Positions 49,609 to 60,661 of a stretch of 64,000 nucleotides of DNA are shown here, one piece after another (positions within the stretch are counted from its first letter, which is position 1; every line of letters begins with the position of its first letter). The notes under the pieces were generated by a model, which was given only the letters and a program-made list of their open reading frames with translations, was not told the DNA's origin and ran no database searches. This DNA is from Azolla caroliniana (taxonomy: Eukaryota > Plantae > Polypodiophyta): assembly GCA_043228905.1 (NCBI GenBank), contig JBHGNT010000004.1:21328001-21392000 (forward strand), given 5' to 3'. Made by a program: the position numbers and the translations under genes.

Positions 49609-49785
49609 TAATGTATGTGTGTGTATGTATGTATGTATGTATGTGTGTGTGTGTATGTATGTATGTATGTAATAATGTAATAATGTATGTGTGTGTATGT
49701 ATGTATGTATGTAATAATGTAATAATGTATGTGTGTGTATGTATGTATGTATATATGTATGTATGTATATGTGTGTGTGCGTATG
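49075..49785. repeat. ~700-bp (ATGT)n/(GT)n compound microsatellite
   Basis: Seen directly. It generates the spurious MYVC/HTYI ORFs. Confidence 0.97.
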
Positions 49786-50699
49786 TTCTCTCTAGCTTCA
49801 TCTCCGGCCCCTCTTACATTGCCCTTGGGGTGCCTCCTAGCACTAAGGCCACAATGACCTCAGTTCTTGTATTCCCCCTCGTGCGACATGGTGCATTGTC
49901 CTTACGTGTGTTAGAGATCATTCCTAATGTAAGCATAAGAGGAAATATAAGATAGATAGATTAGAAAAGAAAGAGGAAGAAGGGTGCCTATTCACCCGAC
50001 CACCCTCGAGCAAAGGGATCGAGACATACTCGAGCCTTGATCGATGTCCCATACCACTGCCATGGCATCGATTTGTACTTGGTATTGGCATGCTCCCTAC
50101 AAGAGTCTGATCGCCACAAGATCGTGATCTTGATGTAGTCAAATGATGTGAACTATTGAGGGTACCTAGGCCTCATATCTATATCTAGACTTGAGACCCC
50201 TAGGCAAGTCCACACTTGGCCCTTATGGGTTGTCTCAATTTCTAGGATTAAAAGTAATCTTCCCTTCTTTACACTCTCAATTAACCCTCATAAATTATCC
50301 TCGTGTGTAGAATACTATGGTACAACTTACCACGGGAAAAAGTATGGTCATGCTCATAATAATGTGCCACGATGATCTTCGCTGCCATATTGCTCTCATG
50401 TGACTTCGTCCGAACCAACATATACAAATCGACATAACCACCATATTACGATCGACATATTGGTTGTTGGTCCTCTTTAAATATCTCGGTAGCCATCCTT
50501 GTACACCTTTATCCACTTCCCCTTTTATCATTTCTTCTCATAAAATCCTCTTGCAATGTGACTACTCTCTTCTTCCATCACACTTGCATCTTCATTGCTC
50601 TCCGCATGGTGGTCTTGTTGTTCACAAATACATTTTAGCACCCATAATGTCACCATTTAAGGATGATAAGATAGGTGTGTTGCATTATCATTAAACGAG

Positions 50700-51800
50700 A
50701 AAGCTTAATGTTTTTGGTGTGACATTCTCTAATGTTCCATTTATACAAAGGAAATTTATAGGCTTATTTCTCTAGTGTTCCCCATCAATTAATTTGTTTA
50801 CTTCTTTACCTCTCATTCACTTTCTTATCATTTTCATAATTCATTTGTACATTGCAGTAAGAGGTTTTGATGATACCATTGGTCACAATAATTATTCGTA
50901 TCCATTATATTTCATTCATTGAATTTTTTGCAATTTAGCTGCAACAAACCATAATGCATTCAACTTTACACCAATCTGTTGGACAATACAAGGAAAAACA
51001 AATGCTTCTTATCATCAATGAAACCTATAGTTGAAGTTTAGTGAAGCATTTTTTATGTAATTTGGTCTTCCTTTCATGCATCTTCCAAGATAACAAACAA
51101 TATCTAAGATGAAAACACAAACAATGTCATTGACAAAGAATCCCTTTTGTCAATCCGATTCTTGTAAACTCCATTGTGATGATTCTTACATCAAATATCT
51201 AACCAAATTTAGAGAATCATAAGCATCACAAGCTCAGATCAATATTCACATAACTGAGATCTCTTCATAAATATGATCACAAAAAGCTCAAATGCACAAA
51301 CATTAAAAACAAGTGGCCAAACTTTGAGATATTCTATAGACTTTAAGAAATGATAGGTATTGAAAACTTGCCCCAACATATTTTAGACCATAGTAACAGC
51401 ACAATAATTACAATTACTTACAATGGCAAAGCACATCCTTAAAAGTAATTTATCATTTGTACCGTAAAACATTAAACCAAACACACCAATGTACTCCATT
51501 TATAGGCATTTGAAGAGCAATTGTGCTTCTCTAGTGATTTCCTACATCAGTTAAAAATGATAAGACCTCCCTGAACATCCAAGTAGGAGAAATCTTATGG
51601 GATTCAACTAAATAAACTTTACTTTTAACATTGTTTGAAAATCCATTCTAACTTAAAAATAAGATATGACCTTTATTGTGGCTGAAGGAGAGTGCTTTAC
51701 TAACATAACGTTGAAAATTCACTTCATCTAATCAGCTAAGCTCAAGAATCAAACAAAATGCATCCTCCAAAGCATATCGAAGAACAAAAAACATATATTT
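50700..51800 (-). mobile_element. Decayed L1-like LINE RT relic
   Basis: Frameshifted GL..(Q)GDSLSMTLFVF near 51110-51160 and GFIDD near 51010-51030 resemble RT motifs QGDPLSPLLF and F.DD. Confidence 0.4.
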
Positions 51801-51895
51801 TTCACCAAACAAAATTTCTTCTATCCTTAAAATTTTCTCTATGACACGATCTAGAACAACTTTTGATCGTATGAATACAATTAAATTGGTCTCAA

Positions 51896-53647
51896 TTATC
51901 CTAAGAAGTTCATTATCACCAGATGTAACACCACATTAGCTAGAACAAAATCTGCAAAAGCCCGCTCCAAGGGTAAGTCCTGCAAAACAAAAGGAGAATA
52001 AAAAAGAAATTTAAGATTTAGTCCTTCAAGCTTATGAGGAGATTTTGAAACCTAAATCTAATGGAAATCTTCACATAGGTCACTTTAACTTATAGCAGAT
52101 TAGGATGCCTAAACATCATAGGAATCTTGTTATCAGGCATATAAACTTATAAAACATTTGAAACCTAAATATCATGAGGTATCTTGTCTAAGGTTCTCAA
52201 GGCAGACCAAAAGCCAGTATTGGAGGGACCCAGCAGCTTTCATGCTTTAGAGTTGTTGATATAAATAGTGTTTACCATATAGAAAAAAACTTTGAAATAT
52301 CCACAAGTTTTTCTTTATTTTACCAAATGTCCGAAAAATCTCTTTATTTGTTTCAATGCCCTTGGCAATCCCCTCTCAAGCAATTACATAGTATTACAGG
52401 AATTATATGCCCAATTTATTACCCTTTTCTCAAATATATCCAATGTGGTCAATCTACCTTTTATCATCGTGAGTTGAATAGGATATTTGGGGAAATTACA
52501 AAAAAAAGTCCGGTGCAGCTCTGAAAATAAAGAAAAACTCAGGTATTTCACTGAGTTTTTCCCAACTATATATACAGTTCAACACTCCTCTCGTGACAGC
52601 ATCTGTCATTGTAAGCATTGTACTCTGAGTAGTTGTGGCTGAGGAACGAGGTCCAAAAACGAGAAAATTCAATACAAAGGCGTTAAATAGTGCAAACATA
52701 GACTTATTTTGAGATGATAAATGGTCTAGATATCACATATGATCAATTGGCCCCAATTCCAATTTTGTGTTTGCAATTGGATATCACATTTTGATGATTT
52801 GACCCAATTTGGTTTCACTTCACCAAATCTTTATATCTTGCACCATACACCACAGCATTGAGATGGCAATAGGATTGGATAAAACTTCATGTATCATAGA
52901 GAGTGATCCAATTTTTAAAAAAAGCTACTGTACAGTCAACAATATAAACTTTTTTTCTAAACTATTGTTTCCCTCAAATATTTCCTTGCAGTTAAAAGAC
53001 ATTAAATGTAATGCATAAGATATTAGAAAGCACCTTGAATTCCTTGTTCTTTGGATTGGCTTGCATCCTCAGACAGACTGTTAAGAATAATAGTAAAAAA
53101 AGTGATATGTTTCATCTTAAACTAACAGATAATAGAATTAAACACTAATATATTCAAACAGATTTCATAAAAAACGCTCAGCCATTTCACCTGCTAAAAC
53201 TGCTGTACCGACAGATGAGAGAAACCCTGAGAGGAAAGCATTGAACGGGAATGATCCGACCAGCGCCATGTAAACAACCTGTGCATGAAAGAGAAATAAC
53301 ACAGATCGTATACTCTCTCTCTCTCTCTCTCTCTGTCACTTTAAATTTTTCCGATCTAAATCCGAATTTCTTGTAAATTGAAAATCAAAACATGCAGGGA
53401 AACTTACTTGTACGAGCGCAGTCGTGAGCGCGTATATCACATACAGATCGATGATCTGAAAGGCGTGAATAAGCAGAAAAGAAGACGAATATTTATTATC
53501 GGGATCTATGGTCAATAAATAGGCAGGAAAAATATCTGCGGTTTCAAAGAAAAACAGATCTCAGACCTTGAGCTTCGTAGGCGTGGCAGAATATGCAGAT
53601 CTGAGAGAAGAGAAGAGAGATCTAACATCGTCGAACGAGCTCGCCAT
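51896..53647 (-). CDS. DAD1: Oligosaccharyltransferase subunit DAD1/OST2 (5 exons)
   Basis: Exons encode MASSFDDVRSLFSSLRSAYSATPTKLK / IIDLYVIYALTTALVQ / VVYMALVGSFPFNAFLSGFLSSVGTAVLA / VCLRMQANPKNKEFK / DLPLERAFADFVLANVVLHLVIMNFLG*. Confidence 0.95.
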
Positions 53648-53900
53648 ATCCGCTTCGCAGTACAGACGATGCAGAGGAAGAGAAAGAAAACGACGATTTG
53701 CACTGTCTCATTGAACATAATAACTTGTCGTTTATTTCCTAAAATTACCCCTGGAATTTCGTTATTTCCCCAAAATACCCCTATGTTTTGGTTATTTCCC
53801 AACATACCCCTACAACTTTCTTTATTTCCCAACTTGCCCCTAAGCTCTCGTCTAATCGCCAAGAGATGCCCCTCCCAACTTCTCTTTGAAGTTCTTATTA

Positions 53901-54099
53901 GGGAAAAGTACCAGGATACCCCTGGAAGTTGGTCTATTTACCAGAATGCCCCTACTAGCCCTATTTACCAAATATTTGAGTGTATAATTACTTTATAAAG
54001 TGTAATTTTTTGGACGTAGGGGTAGTTTGGTAAATTTGGAACTTCTAGGGGCATTCTGGTAAATAGACGAACTTCCAGGGGTATCCTAGTACTTTTCCC
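53901..54099. mobile_element. Mutator-like MITE, 199 bp
   Basis: Near-perfect TIRs of ~55 bp (GGGAAAAGTACCAGGATACCCCTGGAAGTT...). Perfect 9-bp TSD TTCTTATTA at 53892-53900 and 54100-54108. Confidence 0.92.
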
Positions 54100-55442
54100 T
54101 TCTTATTATTTCACACTCATCAACCCCCCTAGCCCCCCAAATACGCATTAGAGACAAAAGAAGGTTGAATCAACCATGTAAAACGCACTCCCAATGACAA
54201 TGGAGTTCTGCATTCTCAAATAGCATGAATGTTTGCCTGAGAGGCACAAGTGTTAATCGAGTTTTTGGAACACATTTGAAAAGAACAATGGAGAGTGTTT
54301 TTGAGTTTTTCTCAACTTCAAGGTGGGTTTCCTCTCTATGTGTGGATGAATCTCTTTGGGTGGTGATAAAAGCGTGTGCACAGTAATGTGTGTGTGTGGG
54401 GGGGGGGGGGGGGGGGGGGGTTAGAATAAGGAACTCATCATTTAAGAAGCCCATAGAAAAAGTTCTGGAAAAATATGGGTCTAAATGTTTTTGGTAAAAA
54501 AAATATGGGTCAAAATGACCAATGAACATTTTTCCAATGAGATTAGGATGCATCTTCACAATCCCATAACACCTAAGAGGTAAAACCATGCATTGAAGGA
54601 CAACCGATGGAAGATAGTCTACAATTAATCCCAATGATCTGACATCTATCTATGACTTTTGCACAAATTAAATATTAACTTAGGTGCCATGTGAATTGTG
54701 ATTATGAACCTGCATGTTACTCCTACGATTCATTGACTCTCCTCTTTTAACCTATGAAGTGTGGTAATAACATTCAAGGTTCTACCCTTCATGTTATTCC
54801 CACACTTCATTGCCCCCCCTCTTTTAACCTATGGTTGTAAAAAATAAGTTTTTGTACAAGCCAAGCTTTGGCCTTTTATGCGTCATCTTGTTTTTGTGTA
54901 TCTAATAAATTAACTTGGCACTAGTCTTCTATATGAAATAATGGACTTTTTGTTTTTTGCTTTTTCTAACATTCAATTGAACTTGATCACCGATGAATCA
55001 TCAAGATCGATTAGAAAGAAAGTTAACTTATGCAAATCTGAATTTACACCAATCCACCAACTTCCTTATGTCAAATATTATGTCATGATGCAAAACTGAA
55101 TTGAGTTACGTTGTCACGGTGAAAGTTACTCATTTTGTGTTGCTTTACATCATTTTAGGAGAGGTTGTCCATACATCATGTCATGCGATCCTCCATTGTT
55201 AGAAGTTAGCTTACACTATAAAACATGTGCCATCGTTTAATATAATTAGTCTTGCAAAATTTCCAATTCAATTAGGTGTGCCATCCAACTCTTACTAAAC
55301 CTAGAGTTTAGCGTACAATTTCCAATTCAACAAATATATAGTCAATTTTGTGGTTTAAAAAATAGATAATTGAGTTATAAATCTAGAACTATGAGTTGAA
55401 TCATGTTAAGAATCCCGATTCATGTAGAGAACATCACCAGGT

Positions 55443-55720
55443 GATGATTATTGACATCAAAATGACCCGATTATATACAATAATGTCTTGATCCTTGCTT
55501 GCAACCATTGGGATAATAATTTGTGTACATATATAGGATAAATTCTTGACAGACAGTTGGAACTAGTGTATTAATGATTATTGACATTAGATGAACTCGT
55601 TATATAGGATAATATATTGATCCTTGTTTCCAACAATTGGAATCATAAATGCATGCACATATAGGATAAATTCTTGATTATCATTTGTACCCATTGTATT
55701 GATGATTATCGACATTAGTA
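55443..55720. repeat. Diverged ~130-bp tandem repeat (~2.1 copies)
   Basis: ATGATTATTGACAT recurs near 55444, 55574 and 55702. ATAGGATAAATTCTTGA occurs twice. Confidence 0.7.
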
Positions 55721-56595
55721 CTAGCCAATTTAGAGGTTAAAATTTGGCATTTTTAGAAAGATAATACATCCCACGAGCTTGTGTGACAAAGAAAACATCA
55801 TTTCATATTATCATGTTCCCCATTGGATGGATATAGCATGACAATAACACAAATCTTTATTGTAATTTGTATGTAAATAATATTGAGAGATTTAGTTTTA
55901 TGTCCACCCATGATCCACAACTTGAACATAGAACATGGAATACACATATAAGCACATACATTGGAAAGGTAGATTTCTAACCCATGTCATTTCAACAAGA
56001 GAACCAATACAAGCTCCCTTGAATGTGGGAGCTCACAACATATTGGAGTTGAGTTTGGCTTCAACGACCAATGTTTGCATACCATTGTCCACATCCCATA
56101 TGTGTGAGACAAGAGCATCAAACCCTTGAGCCACAATCCAAGGGTGGTTATCACTCGATAAATATGAACAAGACATAGGATCCTATTCACAAGAGTACCT
56201 ACCCACCCTAAACGTTGATCCCATCCATAACACATGGACGATACATCCATGCCCATGGATGACTTGTGTTGTATGACCATCTACGTCCCATTCTTAACTC
56301 ATGCACAAGACATTCATGACCATAGGTGGCCCCAAGTTGCGTGCCGATCCATAACCCACTCATGATGGATCCATGACCATGTATGACTTCTGTTTCCCGG
56401 TGGTTCTTGACCAATGCGCGACACAACAATGACACTTGGTTTAGGACTTATTTAGAACGTGACCCTATTTATTGTTGGGACAATATTCAAAGGAATTCAA
56501 AGGAAGGGTTTAAGGCCCGTGGATGGGTTTTTAGGGTTTAAGGTTGGTTCTTCTGGGTCGAATGCTGCAGAGGACGCCATAGCCACAGAGCTTCG

Positions 56596-58875
56596 ATGCT
56601 GGGACCTTTGGGTATTCCTTGCTCGCCCTGTCTGCGATCATTACCCAGGTCTCTCAGGTCTCTTCGGTTTCTCTGCTCTTCTCGCCCACCAACAGCCCTA
56701 TTGCCAGATTCTCACCGCGAGGTCCCGTCTTCCGTACATTCCGTGTCTCTGTTCTTCAAAAGAACAGAGGACACGAGAACGCTCTTGAATCTTCTCAATG
56801 AGAAACCGTGGGTTACTTCAGAAGCTTTTACGAAGACAGATAAGAAGCCATGGAAAGCTTTGAATGTGAAGCTCTCATCCTTTGTGGTATCGGAAGTGAT
56901 CAGAATCTGTGCAGATCTCGACACAGGGTTGGAGCTTTTCACATGGTGGAAAGAGGAATCAGAATCACGATCAAAATTGGTATCAGGACTGAACTCAGTA
57001 TCTGAATCTAAACCAGAATCTGATCTAGAATCAGAATCTTTTTCTGAACCAGAGTCAGAATGTGATAGAATTTGGGTGTATGTGTCGGTAATGAATCGGC
57101 TTGGAAAAGCAGGGCGACTTGAAGAGATGGAAGCTGTGGCCATCGAGTGTGAAACTGAGGGCATGGTATCAGTAGAGACATTTACAGTTCAACTCTGTGC
57201 TTACCGAGATATGGAAATCCTTGACGGAGTTGTAAAGACATGGAAAAGGATGGAGAAGTTCGGTGTGAAACCAAACCTCATTTCCTATACCACTTTATTA
57301 GACATGTTTGCGATGGCCGAGATGTATGATGTAGCTGCCGATGTATATCTCCTCTTCTTGTGGGAAGGATTCTTCCCTAATGTGAAGACACTAACTGTTT
57401 TAATCAATCACATGTCTTATAGAGGGAAGCTTGAGGCCGCCATGGATGTGTTCTCTGATCTTGCAAAAGTGAAAGTGAAGCCAAATGAACTCACGTTTTG
57501 TGCATTGATGAGGGGTTATGCAAAAGCTGAACAAATGGATAAGGTTTTGGACCTTGTGAGGCTATTCAAGAACCTTGGTAACCGACCAAACACTGGTGTT
57601 TTCCAGGGCCTTTTCCAGTTCTTTTTGAGGGAGAATAAGACCGATAATGGAGATAAAGTGTTACTTGAGCTTTGGCCTGAATCTACTGTTGAGGATCGGA
57701 AGGCCATGATGGCAAAATATGCAGGGTTGGTTACACCAGGTAGTATCACAATGCCAGTTATGGAAGGTAGTTACAGTTGCAGTAGATTGGTTGGGGACGG
57801 TATTTACACTGGGTCAGGTAGAGAAGGTAGTTGTACTGAGTTGATTACAGATGGTAACTACACTGATGAGGAAGTTGAAGATACTGGGCAATGCTTGTCA
57901 ATGAGCTTGAATCCAGCCGAGACCTGGAACTATATTGGTTTAGTCCGATGCATAAATCCATGGACGCCTGCTGTTGCGGCCACGCTTGAGCGGGCCAATG
58001 TGAAATGGGATGGCCATCTCGTGTCTGAACTCATGAAACGCATCCGAAGCCCGGAGGTCGGTTGGAAATTCTTCATTTGGGTTGAAGGCCAAGCAGGCTT
58101 CAGCCATGATAAATATACTTACACCCGAATGATTCAATTGCTTTTGTCTGAACCAAATTTCCTCAGAGCCCAGCAGCTTGTACTTGAAGCTCAAAGCAAG
58201 CGGCTTGACCTTTCATTGCACACATATAACAACATCCTCAAGTTTTGTGGCTTGAAACGAGCGGCAAATGTTGCGCTGGATATGTTTGAGTTAGTGAAAA
58301 AGGCAGGATTGAAACCTGATGTGGAGAGCTACAAGCATCTCTTATATGCTCTTCACAGAAGTGGGCGATATTGGAGGGTTGCTACGGTTTGCTCTGAAAT
58401 GGAGAAGATGGGGTTCACTCTTGATGCTTCCATCTATTCATTTCTTGTTTGTGGGTTTGCTGAAGCTGGGAAAGTGAAGTTTGCTAAAGCCTTCTATAAG
58501 AGGATGAGAACCCAGGGGTTTGAGCCAAGTGAGCATTTCTATGAGGCTTTTATAGTGGGGTTCTTTCGGACCGGAAGGCTTCATAAAGCTGAAGAACTGT
58601 TTGGACAAATGAAGAGAGATGGCCTTGTGCCCTCCTCAGAACTCTATGACCTGATGATTGAAGTATTTAGAAAGAAACGGAACATCAAAGCGCTGAGGGA
58701 GGTGAAATGTGAGAAGAAGTTGATGCAATTAACAAAACCCAACAAGAAGAGGAAAGTGCTTGATTCGTACTTCAAGTTTTACCAAGTCTTTAGAGGAAGC
58801 TTTGAAGAAGACAACGATGATGAGGGAAGTGATGCGCAGATTAGGGAGTGCAAAGATGTGTATAATTTTGGATGA
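56596..58875 (+). CDS. P-class pentatricopeptide repeat protein, probably organelle-targeted
   Basis: Intronless 759-aa ORF with two arrays of 35-aa PPR motifs (GVKPNLISYTTLLD, GLKPDVESYKHLL) and a transit-peptide-like N-terminus. No E/DYW domain. Confidence 0.92.
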   Translation: MLGPLGIPCSPCLRSLPRSLRSLRFLCSSRPPTALLPDSHREVPSSVHSVSLFFKRTEDTRTLLNLLNEKPWVTSEAFTKTDKKPWKALNVKLSSFVVSEVIRICADLDTGLELFTWWKEESESRSKLVSGLNSVSESKPESDLESESFSEPESECDRIWVYVSVMNRLGKAGRLEEMEAVAIECETEGMVSVETFTVQLCAYRDMEILDGVVKTWKRMEKFGVKPNLISYTTLLDMFAMAEMYDVAADVYLLFLWEGFFPNVKTLTVLINHMSYRGKLEAAMDVFSDLAKVKVKPNELTFCALMRGYAKAEQMDKVLDLVRLFKNLGNRPNTGVFQGLFQFFLRENKTDNGDKVLLELWPESTVEDRKAMMAKYAGLVTPGSITMPVMEGSYSCSRLVGDGIYTGSGREGSCTELITDGNYTDEEVEDTGQCLSMSLNPAETWNYIGLVRCINPWTPAVAATLERANVKWDGHLVSELMKRIRSPEVGWKFFIWVEGQAGFSHDKYTYTRMIQLLLSEPNFLRAQQLVLEAQSKRLDLSLHTYNNILKFCGLKRAANVALDMFELVKKAGLKPDVESYKHLLYALHRSGRYWRVATVCSEMEKMGFTLDASIYSFLVCGFAEAGKVKFAKAFYKRMRTQGFEPSEHFYEAFIVGFFRTGRLHKAEELFGQMKRDGLVPSSELYDLMIEVFRKKRNIKALREVKCEKKLMQLTKPNKKRKVLDSYFKFYQVFRGSFEEDNDDEGSDAQIRECKDVYNFG

Positions 58876-59272
58876 ATGCAACAATGCATTTCAAGGAAAG
58901 ATCAGATATTGTTTTTATTATTCCTTACATTTCCTTGTGCTCTCTAAACCATTTTCGTACCGCATTTCAAGAATCTTATCTACGGCATCATATAATTTAT
59001 AGCTCACGAGGCCTTCAGAATCATGAACGATCTCAGGTGTTATTTGTTGCACAGTTATGATACATGCAAATTTAACCTAATTTTCTTAGTTTTAGATTAA
59101 GGGATTTTTAATTTCGTTAAGTGAAGAGAAATAGTTCTGCATTGATGATTTGTTACAATATTATCCGACTGTAGGTAAACTTAATGGTCTCCAAATAACC
59201 ATGAACTCAAGCTTCCTAAATTTGCTTCCCTCTCACGATTATCTTTATTTTATGAATGTACTATTCCATCCA

Positions 59273-59357
59273 CCGACCTTAGCTCAGTTGGTAGAGCGGA
59301 GGACTGTAGTGTTGAACTGAAATCCTTAGGTCGCTGGTTCGAATCCGGCAGGTCGGA
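59273..59357 (+). tRNA. tRNA-Tyr(GUA) with a 12-nt intron (59310-59321)
   Basis: CCGACCTTAGCTCAGTTGGTAGAGCGGAGGACTGTAG-intron-ATCCTTAGGTCGCTGGTTCGAATCCGGCAGGTCGGA, followed by an oligo-T Pol III terminator near 59372. Confidence 0.97.
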
Positions 59358-60661
59358 TCACATGCATCAACTTTTTTTCTCTTGTTTTTTTTTTCTTCTT
59401 TTTTATTCTTATGGTCTTCCATCAGTGGCAGCGCTCTCTAATCTTACTCTTATCTTTTATACGGCTTATGCTGCTGCTTTAGGAGGAGTTTTTTAGTCAT
59501 CTGCCACAAAGATTTGACATCGTACCACAACTCATTTATTTTCTTAGATTTGTGATGCTTTTCACTTGATTAATCTGGAAATTCATACCGTGCCACAAGA
59601 TTTGGGTGCTTTGAAGTATTGCACTATTCATGAATCAAAGTTTTGGGCACTTATCAGTCAACATCAGTTAACATCACTAATGAAGTAACATGACTCAATC
59701 TATGGGCTTTGTCACTAAGTAATTTGGATTTACAATGTGTGCGTTGTTGATTATTTGGGATTGAAAAGGAACATGTCATTGTTGAATCATGTAATTATGC
59801 ACTGCATGACTTAGACTCATTGTTGAATCACGTGGTTATGCAATGCATGACTAAGACCGACTAGCACATCCATTAGGGTAGGACAATGAAATGAATTGTG
59901 GTATCAATGTTGGGAAATGCCGAAAATGGTCCCAAATGATACAAATAATACAACTACAAGACTACACAATGGCATAAACTCATAGCCTTGATCTACTGCT
60001 TTGTAGTCAACCTAGAACATAAATACATAAAAGAGCGAGAGGGAAAGTGAAGTATGTGTATATACAAGAGTATCCCTTCTAACTTGGGTGTTCACTAGAA
60101 TATCGTTATTTTTAAAAAGCTACCCAAAACCCCTCATTTATCTATCTATCTATTTGTCACACATATAAAGAAGCATCACTATAGCAAGGTATCTTAATAC
60201 CTTTAAAAAAAGTTACAAATGCCTAAGAAGTTCAGGGTATTTTTGTGTGTTTCTCAAATGTAAAAAAAACAACACATGTTTACTTGTATGTGGAATTCAC
60301 CAGCATGCCCATATCGTGTTAGGAAGTTCTTGAAATGCCCTTTCATACTTTCAAACATTCCCAAACGTGCACCCCCCCGGGGCCACTACCTCCCTTGGAT
60401 TTGAGAATACGAGGAGTGGGGTATTGGGGCAAGGTTGAAGAAACGTGTAGTGGTATTTGGCAAATACGAGGAGGGGTATTTGGGGAGAATTGGAAAATAC
60501 GTGGAGGGGTATTCGTGGGAATAAGGAGAATACGTAGAGGGGTGTTTGTAGGAATTTTGGAAAATACGAGGAGCAGTAACAAAAAAAGATCTGTACGAGG
60601 AAGGAACGCCATCGCCATCGCCATCGCCATCGCCATCGCCTTCTCCATCTCCATCTCCATC

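Noticed and set aside
48973-49955. Long ORFs rich in MYVC/HTYI, and the N-terminal extension of the 765-aa ORF
   Set aside because: These are translations of the (ATGT)n microsatellite.
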